Shown piece by piece: positions 1-9,819 of a stretch of 64,000 bases of DNA. This DNA is from Bacteroidia bacterium. GTDB taxonomy: Bacteria > Bacteroidota > Bacteroidia > Bacteroidales > VadinHA17. A program made the position numbers and the translations under genes. The notes under the pieces were generated by a model. It did not search any database. It worked only from the letters and a program-made list of their open reading frames with translations, and had not been told where the DNA came from. How positions within the stretch are numbered: the stretch's first letter is position 1; each line of letters opens with the position of its first letter. The stretch lies in assembly GCA_041480425.1 (NCBI GenBank), contig JBGOZX010000002.1, positions 10,694-74,693 of the forward strand, in the 5' to 3' direction.

Positions 1-395
1 TCGCCACCGGTCAGGGTTACACCGCCTTCACTCATCCGGTAGAATGGTGTGTCTTTTTCGATTTCCTGAAGTATTTGTAAGACACTTTTCTCCTGGCCGA
101 TTACAATAAGTGCTTTGGAATGACAAATATTACTGAAAACGGAAGCATCTGAAACAAGATCCCTGTTAATAACCAATTTACTATTTTCAAGAATTATCCG
201 GCCATTACCTGCTTTGACACATTCACCGAACTGGTGGCATAATCTTTCATCATACATTATTGATGGAGAGGGTTCCAGACTTTCAGGATTATTGCACCAT
301 ACACAACGCAATGGGCAACCTTTGAAAAAGATATTGGTTCTTACACCATTCCCGTCATTGATTGAATACCTTTGAATATTGAATACAGTAAGCAT
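1..395 (-). CDS. Glycyl-radical enzyme activating protein (radical SAM), N-terminal fragment; the gene runs off the left edge
   Basis: My own translation of the minus strand from the ATG at 393-395 gives MLTVFNIQRYSINDGNGVRTNIFFKGCPLRCVWCNNPESLEPS...CHQFGECVKAG...GGVTLTGG. It carries the CxxxCxxC radical-SAM cluster motif and an extra Cys-rich stretch typical of PflA/YjjW-type activases. It is absent from the ORF track because it is truncated. Confidence 0.7.
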   Translation of the reverse strand, partial: MLTVFNIQRYSINDGNGVRTNIFFKGCPLRCVWCNNPESLEPSPSIMYDERLCHQFGECVKAGNGRIILENSKLVINRDLVSDASVFSNICHSKALIVIGQEKSVLQILQEIEKDTPFYRMSEGGVTLTGG

Positions 396-526
396 CTTCT
401 TAAGTGGTTAATAATTAACCTTTTAGAAAACACACAAATTATTTATTGAATCTAAAGGAGGTTAAATATAACTATAAATTACCCTTCTTCAAAATTGCTT
501 TTATCCAGAGAATGTATATTCCCTGA

Positions 527-1837
527 TCAGGTGTTAAATTCAATTTTATCAAATTCCCCCAGAATACTTTGGCGTTGATGTGTAAGTTCTTTAATCAGAG
601 ATGGAATTACCGTTTTGTTCCATCTGAACCGGAGAGTCCGCAGACGTTCCCAGAAAATTTCCTGATAGAATAATACAAAGTATCCAGCCAGGGGAACCAG
701 TAATCCAAGCAGAATTCCCGGCCATCCTGCAAACATTCCAGCAAGGATAAGCAGAACAGGGAAATAGATAAGGTAAAGGACAGTTCCGGAACTGATATAA
801 ACAGAACTATAAAACCTCAGATCTTTAATAAGTTTATCACATAAGAATTTTGGCACTACAAAGGGTATCAGATTACTGAGATACCCGGCAATGAAGACAG
901 GAAATCCGGCAATTACTGCCAAATACCTTAAAAGTCCCCAGTCCAGTTTCCTGGCAAGGTTTTCATCCCTGAGCCTGCTTTTCGAAAGAAGGTCTAAATA
1001 GGTTTTTACCTTTTGTGAAAGAGATTCCAGGCCCTCCTGCGATGTTTTGCCGAGATGATTAATTCTTTCACTAACTATTTTTTCAAGCTGCAGCCTGTCG
1101 TTATTATCAAATCTCCACCGGAAGAAAGGAAGTACAAAATTATTCCTCTTCATTTTCAGGAGTTGCTCTGCAAGCCAGTCGTTTTCAGGATCTTCGATAA
1201 TAATGACCTCCTTTCGTAAGCTTGCATCTACCTTTTCATTAAATGCGCGCAAACCCTTAGCCTGATTATTATTATAAATTTCTTTCAGTTCTTTAATACT
1301 GAACGATTCGTGGAAATTTATCATTACCTCTTTCCTGAATTTTGCAGGATAGGTGTAATTAATACCAACAGGAACTATGTGAACATCCAACCCATGTTTT
1401 TCTTCTGCTCCAAAAGCCATCCTTGCAGTTCCTTTTCTGAGCTTCTGAAGCCGTTTCTCCTGCACACAGGTGCCTTCAGAAAAGACGATCAGGTTGCCGT
1501 TTTCTTTCAAAATGTTGTAAATACCTGTAAAAGTCTCCAGGTTTTTATGGACATTTTCAAGCCCTTCTTCAATCCGGTAAACCGGAGCCACATTGAACTC
1601 ACGAAGACAAAACCTGGCAAATGGTTTTCGGAACATATCGGCTCTCATTAGGAAATGTATAGGCTGAGGAAGGTATGATCCGACAAGTATCCCGTCCATA
1701 AAGGAATTCTGGTGGTTTCCTACAAAAAGTAAGGGCTTATCCAGAGGCACTTTTTTGAGATTCGAATAAAAAATTCTCCGGAAAAAAACTCTGAATGTAA
1801 AGGGGGGTAAAATATATTTAAAAAATCTGCTGAACAT
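527..1837 (-). CDS. Lysophospholipid (1-acyl-glycerol-3-phosphate type) acyltransferase family protein with a C-terminal membrane domain
   Basis: HX4D acyltransferase motif (NHQNSFMDG) and an FSEGT block, followed by several hydrophobic helices near the C-terminus. I moved the start to the ATG at 1835-1837 (MFSRFFKYILPP). Confidence 0.75.
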   Translation of the reverse strand: MFSRFFKYILPPFTFRVFFRRIFYSNLKKVPLDKPLLFVGNHQNSFMDGILVGSYLPQPIHFLMRADMFRKPFARFCLREFNVAPVYRIEEGLENVHKNLETFTGIYNILKENGNLIVFSEGTCVQEKRLQKLRKGTARMAFGAEEKHGLDVHIVPVGINYTYPAKFRKEVMINFHESFSIKELKEIYNNNQAKGLRAFNEKVDASLRKEVIIIEDPENDWLAEQLLKMKRNNFVLPFFRWRFDNNDRLQLEKIVSERINHLGKTSQEGLESLSQKVKTYLDLLSKSRLRDENLARKLDWGLLRYLAVIAGFPVFIAGYLSNLIPFVVPKFLCDKLIKDLRFYSSVYISSGTVLYLIYFPVLLILAGMFAGWPGILLGLLVPLAGYFVLFYQEIFWERLRTLRFRWNKTVIPSLIKELTHQRQSILGEFDKIEFNT

Positions 1838-2057
1838 TAAACAAAAATTTTTTCTTTTTAAGATGCCGGTGTATGGTTTCGTGCATCTTAAGGCAATCAA
1901 TATACGCTAATTTTTTTTTCCAACCGTATGAATATGTAATTTTTACAGAAATATTTCATTTAAATCAGTTGGTAGTTATAACTACTTATGCCAATTAAGT
2001 ATTAAGGCGTATTCTCTTTCCTGTCAGAGTTTTATTTGCATAATAATCCATTATTGT

Positions 2058-2065
2058 TACTTTTG
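2058..2065 (+). promoter_or_regulatory. Candidate Bacteroidota -7 promoter box TACTTTTG (TAnnTTTG)
   Basis: Exact match to TAnnTTTG, 31 nt upstream of the ATG at 2096. It lies inside the ORF-track N-terminal extension, which argues for the downstream start. Confidence 0.4.
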
Positions 2066-2095
2066 CCTACTGTTAACACTCCTGATCTTTATTGC

Positions 2096-3211
2096 ATGGA
2101 CCTGACACGAAGTATTCGAGATAAAATGATGGAAGAACGCCTTATGTTTGTTTACAGAGGCGAAATAACAGATAAGAATTCTGTATCTCTGCTTACCCTG
2201 CTTGAAAAAGAGATGAAAAGCGCAGAATACAGTTTTGTTGGCAGGAAAAGGCTTTTCATGTTTGCTCTTGAAAACCTGCAAAATGTTACAAGACATGGAG
2301 ACCACTATCATCATGCTGATATGTCGCTTGTTGTTTACTCAAAAACAGATGACGGCTATACGATAACTACCGGAAATACTATTGCTGCACCGCATATTAA
2401 TGATTTGAAAATCAGACTGGATCGAATTAATAAGCTTGACATAAAAGAGATCAAAACCTATTACAGGGAAATCCTGAGCAGCGCCGAATTCAGCAATAAG
2501 GGTGGCGCAGGACTAGGATTGATTGAAATGGCAAATAAGACCGGCAACAAGCTCGATTATGATTTTGTACCTCTCGATAAAGACTACTCATATTTTATCT
2601 TGAGCAAAACAGTCGATTCCGAGGGAATTGGAGTACATTCAGGAGGGAAGGAAAAGCCTTTTAACAGTAAGGCTGTTACTCATCTCGAACATCTTATGGC
2701 GGAAAATAAAGTGTATCTGACCTGGTCGGGACATATCTGCCCGGATGTGGGTGAAGAGGTTTTATCGTTCACGGAAACAAAACTTACTGAAGAAGATATT
2801 GAGGCAAATTTACGGCGACGAGTCTTCAGCATTCTGGTTGAAATTCTTGAGAATGTAGCAAAATACAGTCCGGGACGTGAACCAGAGGAGAAATACGGCA
2901 TGTCTGTTGCAATAATCAGGTTGGAAGATGACGTTTTTGTATTGACAACCGGGAACCTGATTCTTAGTTCCCGGATCAATGACCTTAAGGAAAAACTCGA
3001 TACAATTAACAAGTTTGACGAGGCCGGACTTAAGAAATTGTTCATTAAATCCCTTTCGAAGCAGACTGTCGAAACCGACAGTACAGGAAATATGGGACTC
3101 ATTGATATAGCACGCAAATCGGGCAGTAAACTGAGGTATCAGTTTGAACAGGTAAATGAACTGTATTCATATTATATGCTTACAGTTAAGGTTGAGAAGC
3201 AATCTGATTAA
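2096..3211 (+). CDS. Tandem SiaB/SpoIIAB-like GHKL (histidine-kinase-like ATPase) protein with two homologous modules
   Basis: Module 1 has an N-box-like ENLQNVTRHG and the G2 box GGAGLGLIEMANKTGNKLDYDF. Module 2 has EILENVAKYS and TGNMGLIDIARKSGSKLRYQFE. The internal duplication is obvious: ITTGNTIAAPHINDLKIRLDRINKLD versus LTTGNLILSSRINDLKEKLDTINKFD. Confidence 0.6.
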   Translation: MDLTRSIRDKMMEERLMFVYRGEITDKNSVSLLTLLEKEMKSAEYSFVGRKRLFMFALENLQNVTRHGDHYHHADMSLVVYSKTDDGYTITTGNTIAAPHINDLKIRLDRINKLDIKEIKTYYREILSSAEFSNKGGAGLGLIEMANKTGNKLDYDFVPLDKDYSYFILSKTVDSEGIGVHSGGKEKPFNSKAVTHLEHLMAENKVYLTWSGHICPDVGEEVLSFTETKLTEEDIEANLRRRVFSILVEILENVAKYSPGREPEEKYGMSVAIIRLEDDVFVLTTGNLILSSRINDLKEKLDTINKFDEAGLKKLFIKSLSKQTVETDSTGNMGLIDIARKSGSKLRYQFEQVNELYSYYMLTVKVEKQSD

Positions 3212-3954
3212 TTTAATTGCTTGAAAGTAAGTTCATTGCCATTCCATTCAGCAAAGCTTCCGTTTTTAACCCAGTCGCCCAGGAAAATAATTTCTGAACC
3301 CCCCTGAAGTTTATATGACAAAGCCAGGTGACGATGGCCAAAAATGAAATAGTCTATCTTCTCATTTCCCAGAATCGATTTGGCGTACCTGATCAGGTCT
3401 TCCTTTTCCTCTCCAATAAAATCCAGTTTGATTCCTTTCCCCAGCCTGGAATGTAATGACCATTTGTGACCGATGCCAACACCTATTGATGGATGAAGTG
3501 CTGAATATAAAACACGAAGCGGTTTGTTTTTGAAAATTGAAAGAAGAATTTTATACCCTGGATCTTTTGACCCAAGTCCCTCTCCATGTGCAAGATAGAA
3601 TTTCCTGCCGTCAAAAGTAGTAGTATAAGGTCCGGTGTGAATTGTTACGCCACATTCATCAGAAAGATAATTGCCAATCCACATATCATGGTTCCCAGTG
3701 AAAAAATGGACCGGAATACCTGAATCGGTTATTGCTGATATTGTACCAAGAAATCTTGTATATCCGCGTGGAACGACAAGCTTGTACTCCCACCAGAAAT
3801 CAAAAATGTCACCGAGAAGATATATTTCCCTTGCATCCGGCACAATACCGTTCAACCAACTGACAATCTTTTTCTCTCTTTCAAGAGGATGTGACCCTGT
3901 TGTCAAGCCAAGGTGAAAATCAGAAGCAAAGTATATTTTCCCGGATTCTTTCAA
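3208..3954 (-). CDS. lpxH: UDP-2,3-diacylglucosamine diphosphatase (lipid A biosynthesis)
   Basis: Calcineurin-like metallophosphoesterase motifs in LpxH order: FASDFHLG, GDIFDFWWEYK, GNHD, GHRH. Confidence 0.8.
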   Translation of the reverse strand: MKESGKIYFASDFHLGLTTGSHPLEREKKIVSWLNGIVPDAREIYLLGDIFDFWWEYKLVVPRGYTRFLGTISAITDSGIPVHFFTGNHDMWIGNYLSDECGVTIHTGPYTTTFDGRKFYLAHGEGLGSKDPGYKILLSIFKNKPLRVLYSALHPSIGVGIGHKWSLHSRLGKGIKLDFIGEEKEDLIRYAKSILGNEKIDYFIFGHRHLALSYKLQGGSEIIFLGDWVKNGSFAEWNGNELTFKQLN

Positions 3955-3962
3955 ATGATAAC

Positions 3963-5123
3963 CTAGTTGTTAAACAGCTGATCAAGTTTTATCTGCAGTG
4001 ATTTACCGTGTAAATTTGATGCAATTATTGTACCGTTTCGGTCAAACAGGTAGTTGGTTGGTAGTGTCTTAACATTAAAAAGCATTGCATTTTTAGGATC
4101 AAGAGGATTGTCCTCCCTGGTGCTTATCCAGGGCAATTCATCAAACTTCACCTCTGCTTTCCAGTCAGCTTCATTTTCATCAAGATTGATCTGATAAATT
4201 TCAAATCCCTTCCTATTGTAGATTTTGTAAAACTCCTTAAGCTGAAGATTTTCTGCAATACATTCTTTTGATGAAACTGACCAGAACGTCAGAAGGACGA
4301 TTTTACCTCTGAGTGAGGAGAATGCAACCCTTTTTCCGGTAATATCCTTCAGATCAGGATTAAGTTTTGTTTCAGGAAATGTGCCTGCCATATTCTGGAG
4401 TTGCCTTGAATAGATCTGATCGAGCTCTTTTTTAACATCCTGTACGAGTGCCTGAACATGTTTCGAATTTGGGAAATAGTGGATAAGAGAATCTGAAGCG
4501 ATCTTAAGATACTGGAGATCACGGGGATCATAAAGGACATAGGTCTTTTCATCAATCTTCTGATAGAGTGCTTTTATTGAAGCCATCGAGTTCATATGAG
4601 TAATTATGAATTCAATGTTTTTCTTCCTGAGGTCCTTTATAAGATTATTGAATTCAGCCTCAAGTATTGGACCTCTTTCTTCAAATCCGGGCTCTTTGGA
4701 AGCGTTATTATATACTGTACTTAAAGAATCCAGTTTTCTTTTTGTTTCTGCAAGCCGTAGGTCAAGCATACGGATCTGCTCAGATCCTTTTGATCCGGTT
4801 ACTGTATAGTTCTGGAAAAGGTTCGTACCATTAAATTCAAGGTTTAATTTCTCTCCGGGGTCAGCCAGAATAGTGATAAAATCTGAATTAGAATAACCGA
4901 TTTGATAGAAATCAGGATTATTGGCTTTAACTTTAAACCGGAATCCCCCCTTCTTACTGATTTTGGAAGAATCAATTAAAACCGGAGTGTCTACATTAAC
5001 CCTTTTCAGATAAATATAATTCTTTTTCCCCCCATTTATAACTCCATTAACAGTGAATGTGTTTTTGTTACTGCACCCGGTGATGATCATAAAGAGAAGC
5101 AGAAAAATCAGAAATCTTTTCAT
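3963..5123 (-). CDS. TlpA/ResA-like thioredoxin-fold lipoprotein (DUF4369-type N-domain) with a degenerate SKEC active site
   Basis: Lipobox LLFMIITGCS. The C-terminal thioredoxin fold aligns with the neighbouring paralog, but FWSVSSKEC replaces FWASWCVPC. Confidence 0.75.
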   Translation of the reverse strand: MKRFLIFLLLFMIITGCSNKNTFTVNGVINGGKKNYIYLKRVNVDTPVLIDSSKISKKGGFRFKVKANNPDFYQIGYSNSDFITILADPGEKLNLEFNGTNLFQNYTVTGSKGSEQIRMLDLRLAETKRKLDSLSTVYNNASKEPGFEERGPILEAEFNNLIKDLRKKNIEFIITHMNSMASIKALYQKIDEKTYVLYDPRDLQYLKIASDSLIHYFPNSKHVQALVQDVKKELDQIYSRQLQNMAGTFPETKLNPDLKDITGKRVAFSSLRGKIVLLTFWSVSSKECIAENLQLKEFYKIYNRKGFEIYQINLDENEADWKAEVKFDELPWISTREDNPLDPKNAMLFNVKTLPTNYLFDRNGTIIASNLHGKSLQIKLDQLFNN

Positions 5124-5163
5124 TATAAATTCAGATTACCAGTTTTAATAAATCAGTATCAGT

Positions 5164-6327
5164 TTATTTAAACAATTCGCCGAGCTTTCCCTGTAAAGCC
5201 TCTCCTCTGAGGTTTGTAGCAATTACCCGGCCTTCCTTATCCAGGAGGAAATTATACGGGATTGATTCTATTTTGTACAGAGTAACCACAACCGAATTCC
5301 AGTATTGAACATCGCTTACATGTATCCATTTTTCAAGATGATCATCCTGGATTCCTTTTATCCAGGCTTCTTTTGTTTTATCAAGCGATACCTGGTAAAT
5401 CTGGAAGCCTTTGTTGTGGTACATATTATAGGCTTTCACAAGGTTAGGATTCTCCTGCCTGCATGGAACACACCACGATGCCCAGAAATCAAGCAATACC
5501 ACTGAACCTCTCGTTGAAGAAAGTTTAATTGTTTCACCTTCCGGTGAAGGCAGCGAAATTTCAGGAGCTTCCATCTTTTCGACTGGGTCGGTTGATGCAG
5601 TCGTTTGATCTTTATAACGGACAACTAATTCCTGTACTTGATCATGTAGGGAAATAACAGGCTCATATTCAGGATATTGACTAAACATTGAAGAGTCAAC
5701 CTTTACAAAGTAACTTAAATCCTTACTTGGATCCAGGACATAAACATTTGGAGCAACCTGCTGATATAGAGCTACAAGGCTTACCAATGATTTAATATTG
5801 TCATCAATATATCTTTTCGTATAACTATTTATTTCATTCAGATGACCCTGAGCCAGCTTGTCGAGTGAATCGATCACTACAGGCAAATCCGGACTTCCTA
5901 GATTCTGCGTATAAATATTATTGAGCCCCGTCAGGCTGTTAATGGTTTTTCTCAGGGTTTTGTTGTATTCAGCCATTAACTTTGTCCCATTTGATCCTAA
6001 GACCACTACCGGATAATTCAGTGAATCGTGATGAGATGTGAATTTTATTTTCTCTCCAGGTTCAAGGAGCATCGTAAGAAAGTTATTTTCATTAATTTTG
6101 AGAAGGTAAAAAGAAGGATATTTGACCTCTCTTTTAAAGTCAAAACTTCCATCATCAGAAATTATGGTAGAATCGACAGTAAGAAGCTTATTAGATTTCA
6201 GTTCATCGAGAAAAATGTATTCTCCTGCGACAGGATATTCAAGGATGCCGGATATTTCTACAGAGTTTTTCCTGCATCCGGCGAATACTGTTGCAGCAAA
6301 TAAAAATAAAACAAGTTTATTGTTCAT
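5164..6327 (-). CDS. TlpA family thiol:disulfide oxidoreductase lipoprotein
   Basis: Lipobox FAGC. Canonical [17 protein letters not shown] CxxC motif (5461-5472) and the same architecture as 3963-5123. Confidence 0.8.
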   Translation of the reverse strand: MNNKLVLFLFAATVFAGCRKNSVEISGILEYPVAGEYIFLDELKSNKLLTVDSTIISDDGSFDFKREVKYPSFYLLKINENNFLTMLLEPGEKIKFTSHHDSLNYPVVVLGSNGTKLMAEYNKTLRKTINSLTGLNNIYTQNLGSPDLPVVIDSLDKLAQGHLNEINSYTKRYIDDNIKSLVSLVALYQQVAPNVYVLDPSKDLSYFVKVDSSMFSQYPEYEPVISLHDQVQELVVRYKDQTTASTDPVEKMEAPEISLPSPEGETIKLSSTRGSVVLLDFWASWCVPCRQENPNLVKAYNMYHNKGFQIYQVSLDKTKEAWIKGIQDDHLEKWIHVSDVQYWNSVVVTLYKIESIPYNFLLDKEGRVIATNLRGEALQGKLGELFK

Positions 6328-6370
6328 TAAGAAAAAAATTAATTATTAAATATTTTTAAATATTGAAATG

Positions 6371-6378
6371 CAAATTTA
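6371..6378 (-). promoter_or_regulatory. Candidate -7 box (TAAATTTG on the minus strand)
   Basis: The plus strand reads CAAATTTA, 44 nt upstream of the TlpA start at 6327. Confidence 0.35.
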
Positions 6379-6555
6379 CTCTTTTTTTAATCTGACGGTG
6401 TCTGTATAAAGTATTATAATATTGCTGACAGCAGCAATATAAACAAAACAGTAAAGAGAGAAACTTTTTTTTATTCTCCATGCAGGTTCTTTTGCAATGT
6501 TCAATAAAAATAATTATCTTAAAAGACTTTTTAGTGTCAGATCAAAGAAAAATTT

Positions 6556-8505
6556 ATGAGTTACATTAAGTTTGAAAAAAGTCAGGTAGTCAATCTTGAA
6601 TACTCACTGTCAAGGGAGATCATCAGGACGAACAGGGCCGGCTCGTACTCTTCAACAACAATTGTAGGATGCAACACCCGCAAGTACCACGGGTTGCTTG
6701 TTTGTCCGGTAGATGAGTTCGGAGGCGAGAGATATGTACTTCTTTCATCTCTCGATGTTACTGTGGTTAATAACGACAGGAGTTTCAATACAGGTATCAG
6801 AAAGTATAAGGGGGATTATTTTAGTCCTAAGGGTCATAAATATATTGAGGATTTTGAGGTTGAAAATATTCCGTTAAGAATATACAGGGTGGGTGAAGTA
6901 ATCTTTAAACAGGAAAGGTTATTGGTACATTATGAAGAGCAATATCTTGTAAGGTTTACAATTCTTGAGGCGTCTGAACCCATGAAGCTTCAGATCCGTC
7001 CATTCCTTGCTTTCAGAAGCATTCATCAACTTACACGCGCTAACCATTTTGCCAATACCAAGGTTGACTTCATTGAAAATGGCATAAAATCCAAATTATA
7101 TGAAGGATTCCCTTCACTGAATATGCAGTTTTCTACCAAAGCAGAATTTGTTCATAATCCCGACTGGTATATTGGGGTCGAATATCCCGAGGAACAGAAA
7201 AGAGGATATGACTATTCAGAGGATCTTTTTTCACCAGGTTTTTTTGAAGTTAATGCTAAAGAAGGAGATGTAATAGTGTTTTCTGCTTCGACCCGAGAGG
7301 AAAAGCCATCTGGACTGAAGACTAAATTTACCAAGACTGTTGGAGGTAAAATACCACGTAACTCTTTTATCAATTGTCTGAGAAATGCAGCTCAGCAGTT
7401 TTTCGAAAAACGTCATGGCATGACACTGGTCATTGCAGGTTATCCCTGGTTTGGTTCCTGGGGAAGAGATACCTTTATTGCCCTTCCCGGGCTTGCCATG
7501 GCAAAGAATAAGTTATCCCTTTACAAGGAAGTGCTTGATACCCAGATAAGTAGGATGAAAGACGGATTATTCCCCAATATGGGTGGTACAGATAACCCGG
7601 CATTTAATTCTGTTGATGCTCCTCTGTGGTTTTTCTGGTCTGTCCAACAATACCTCGAAAACGGAGGTTCCGATGCCTGGGAACGATATGGGGAGGCTTT
7701 AAAATCAGTCCTCGAGGCTTACAGGAATGGGACAGCATTTGGTATCCACATGAGGGAAAACGGACTTATTTATGCCGGTGCCCCCGGGAAATCCCTTACC
7801 TGGATGGATGCTGTTGTTTTCGGGGAACCTGTTACCCAGAGGAAAGGTTATGCAGTTGAAATCAATGCCCTCTGGTATAACGCTGTTTGTTTCTCTCTTG
7901 AGATGGCAAGGCAGGTAAATGATAAGAAGTTTATCAGAGAATATGAAAAATTACCTGAACTGATAAAGGAATCGTTCAATGAGATATTTTGTGATCCAGG
8001 ACGTGGGTATCTGGCTGATTATGTAAATGATGAGGAAGGAAAGAATTATTTTGTAAGGCCCAATATGGTTATTGCTGTATCACTTCCATACTCCATGCTT
8101 GATAAGGAGCAAATGAAAAAAGTTCTGGATGTTGCAGATAAAGAGCTCGTTACGCCAAGGGGATTAAGAACGCTTTCCCCGGGGAACAAGTTTTATAAGG
8201 GTACCTATAAGGGCAACCAGGCGGAGCGCGACAAAGCTTATCATAATGGTACTGTATGGCCTTGGCTTTTAGGCCCGTTCTGCGAAGGCTGGCTAAAAGT
8301 TTATGGTAAACAGGGAGTTAATAAAGTCAAGAAGCTTATTTATGGCCTCGAAGAGGTGATGAGTGAACATGGAGTAAGCACCATATCTGAAATCTATGAC
8401 GGAGATCCGCCACATGCACCTAACGGTGCAATATCTCAGGCATGGAGCGTTGGAGAGGTGCTTAGGATAATTGATCTGCTTGAAAATAAGTATGCTAATC
8501 TATAA
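6556..8505 (+). CDS. Glycogen debranching enzyme family protein (amylo-alpha-1,6-glucosidase type)
   Basis: 649 aa. GDE N-terminal region (NRAGSYSSTTIVGCNTRKYHGLL) and a C-terminal (alpha/alpha)6 block (GYPWFGSWGRDTFIAL ... AYHNGTVWPWLLGPF ... ISEIYDGD). Confidence 0.85.
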   Translation: MSYIKFEKSQVVNLEYSLSREIIRTNRAGSYSSTTIVGCNTRKYHGLLVCPVDEFGGERYVLLSSLDVTVVNNDRSFNTGIRKYKGDYFSPKGHKYIEDFEVENIPLRIYRVGEVIFKQERLLVHYEEQYLVRFTILEASEPMKLQIRPFLAFRSIHQLTRANHFANTKVDFIENGIKSKLYEGFPSLNMQFSTKAEFVHNPDWYIGVEYPEEQKRGYDYSEDLFSPGFFEVNAKEGDVIVFSASTREEKPSGLKTKFTKTVGGKIPRNSFINCLRNAAQQFFEKRHGMTLVIAGYPWFGSWGRDTFIALPGLAMAKNKLSLYKEVLDTQISRMKDGLFPNMGGTDNPAFNSVDAPLWFFWSVQQYLENGGSDAWERYGEALKSVLEAYRNGTAFGIHMRENGLIYAGAPGKSLTWMDAVVFGEPVTQRKGYAVEINALWYNAVCFSLEMARQVNDKKFIREYEKLPELIKESFNEIFCDPGRGYLADYVNDEEGKNYFVRPNMVIAVSLPYSMLDKEQMKKVLDVADKELVTPRGLRTLSPGNKFYKGTYKGNQAERDKAYHNGTVWPWLLGPFCEGWLKVYGKQGVNKVKKLIYGLEEVMSEHGVSTISEIYDGDPPHAPNGAISQAWSVGEVLRIIDLLENKYANL

Positions 8506-8517
8506 TTCAGGTATGAT

Positions 8518-9816
8518 ATGCGTGTGCTAATGTTTGGATGGGAATTTCCGCCCCATATCTCAGGCGGACTAGGAACAGCCAGTTATGGATTGACAAAAGG
8601 TATGTCAACACTGGATGATCTGGAAGTTATTTTCGTTGTGCCAAAGGCCTGGGGAGATGAAGACCAGTCAAAGGTAAGATTGATCGGAGCAAACCAGACA
8701 CCAGTTGCATTCAAACAGGTTTACTACAAAGGATTCCGGCGTCCGCTTGAAAAGATTGAAATTTACTCCAAAATTGTACCATATACCGATCCTGAGGATT
8801 TCTGGTACCGGGTAAATTCAGAGGTCTCAGGATATAATCTTTTTGTACAGACGGATAATAAGGGAATGGTAGAATTTTCAGGGAGATACGACGGTTCACT
8901 GATGGATGAGATTTACAAATACTCAGTTGTTGCTTCTGTTATTGCCGAGGAAAATGAGTTTGACATAATTCATGCGCACGACTGGCTTGCATACCCGGCC
9001 GGTATCGCTGCAATGGAAGTGTCAGGCAAACCGCTTGTAATACATGTCCATGCTACTGATTTTGACCGGAGTGGCGGGAATGTAAATCCGGATGTTTACC
9101 GGATCGAAAAAAACGGAATGGATGCGGCCTCAAAAATTATCACGGTTAGTAACCTCACAAGAGATATTGTAATAAATAAATATCAGATCCATCCTGATAA
9201 AGTTGAAACCGTTTATAATGCAGTTGAACCTGTAAAAATCTCCGTAGAAGCTGAATTGGAAAAAGGTTTTGATGAAAAGGTTGTCACCTTTCTTGGCAGA
9301 ATCACTCTGCAGAAGGGTCCTGAATATTTCATTGAAGCTGCATACAAAGTACTGAAGGTAATGCCCAATGTAAGATTTGTGATGGCCGGCTCGGGCGATA
9401 TGATGGAAAGAATGATGAGAAGAGCCGCCGCACTAAAAATTACCGATCGCTTTCATTTTACCGGATTTCTGAAAGGTAAAGATGTTTTTACTTTGCTGAG
9501 TTTAAGTGATGTGTACATTATGCCCTCAGTCTCAGAGCCATTTGGAATTTCTCCTCTCGAAGCTATGCAATCAAATGTTCCTGTAATTATAAGCAAACAA
9601 TCGGGAGTCTCCGAAATCCTTACTCATGCAGTAAAAACCGACTTCTGGGATATTGATGCAATGGCGGATGCAATTTACGGCATTCTTAATTATCCTGCCC
9701 TGGCACAAATGTTTATAAAGAATGGGAAAGAAGAAGTTGTCAGGCTCAAATGGGACAATTCAGCAAGGCATGTAAGAGATATTTATTACAGAGTGATTTG
9801 GCAACATAAGAACTAA
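8518..9816 (+). CDS. GT4-family glycosyltransferase (glycogen-cluster associated)
   Basis: N-terminal FPPHISGGLGTA and the C-terminal GT-B motif MPSVSEPFGISPLEAM (E-x7-E). It starts 12 bp after the debranching gene. Confidence 0.8.
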   Translation: MRVLMFGWEFPPHISGGLGTASYGLTKGMSTLDDLEVIFVVPKAWGDEDQSKVRLIGANQTPVAFKQVYYKGFRRPLEKIEIYSKIVPYTDPEDFWYRVNSEVSGYNLFVQTDNKGMVEFSGRYDGSLMDEIYKYSVVASVIAEENEFDIIHAHDWLAYPAGIAAMEVSGKPLVIHVHATDFDRSGGNVNPDVYRIEKNGMDAASKIITVSNLTRDIVINKYQIHPDKVETVYNAVEPVKISVEAELEKGFDEKVVTFLGRITLQKGPEYFIEAAYKVLKVMPNVRFVMAGSGDMMERMMRRAAALKITDRFHFTGFLKGKDVFTLLSLSDVYIMPSVSEPFGISPLEAMQSNVPVIISKQSGVSEILTHAVKTDFWDIDAMADAIYGILNYPALAQMFIKNGKEEVVRLKWDNSARHVRDIYYRVIWQHKN

Positions 9817-9819
9817 AAT

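Noticed and set aside
406-420. AT-rich palindromes in divergent promoter spacers: GGTTAATAATTAACC at 406-420 and GTAGTTATAACTAC at 1972-1985.
   Set aside because: They are short and AT-rich, so they are expected by chance in this composition. I cannot tie them to any known operator, so I do not report them as features.
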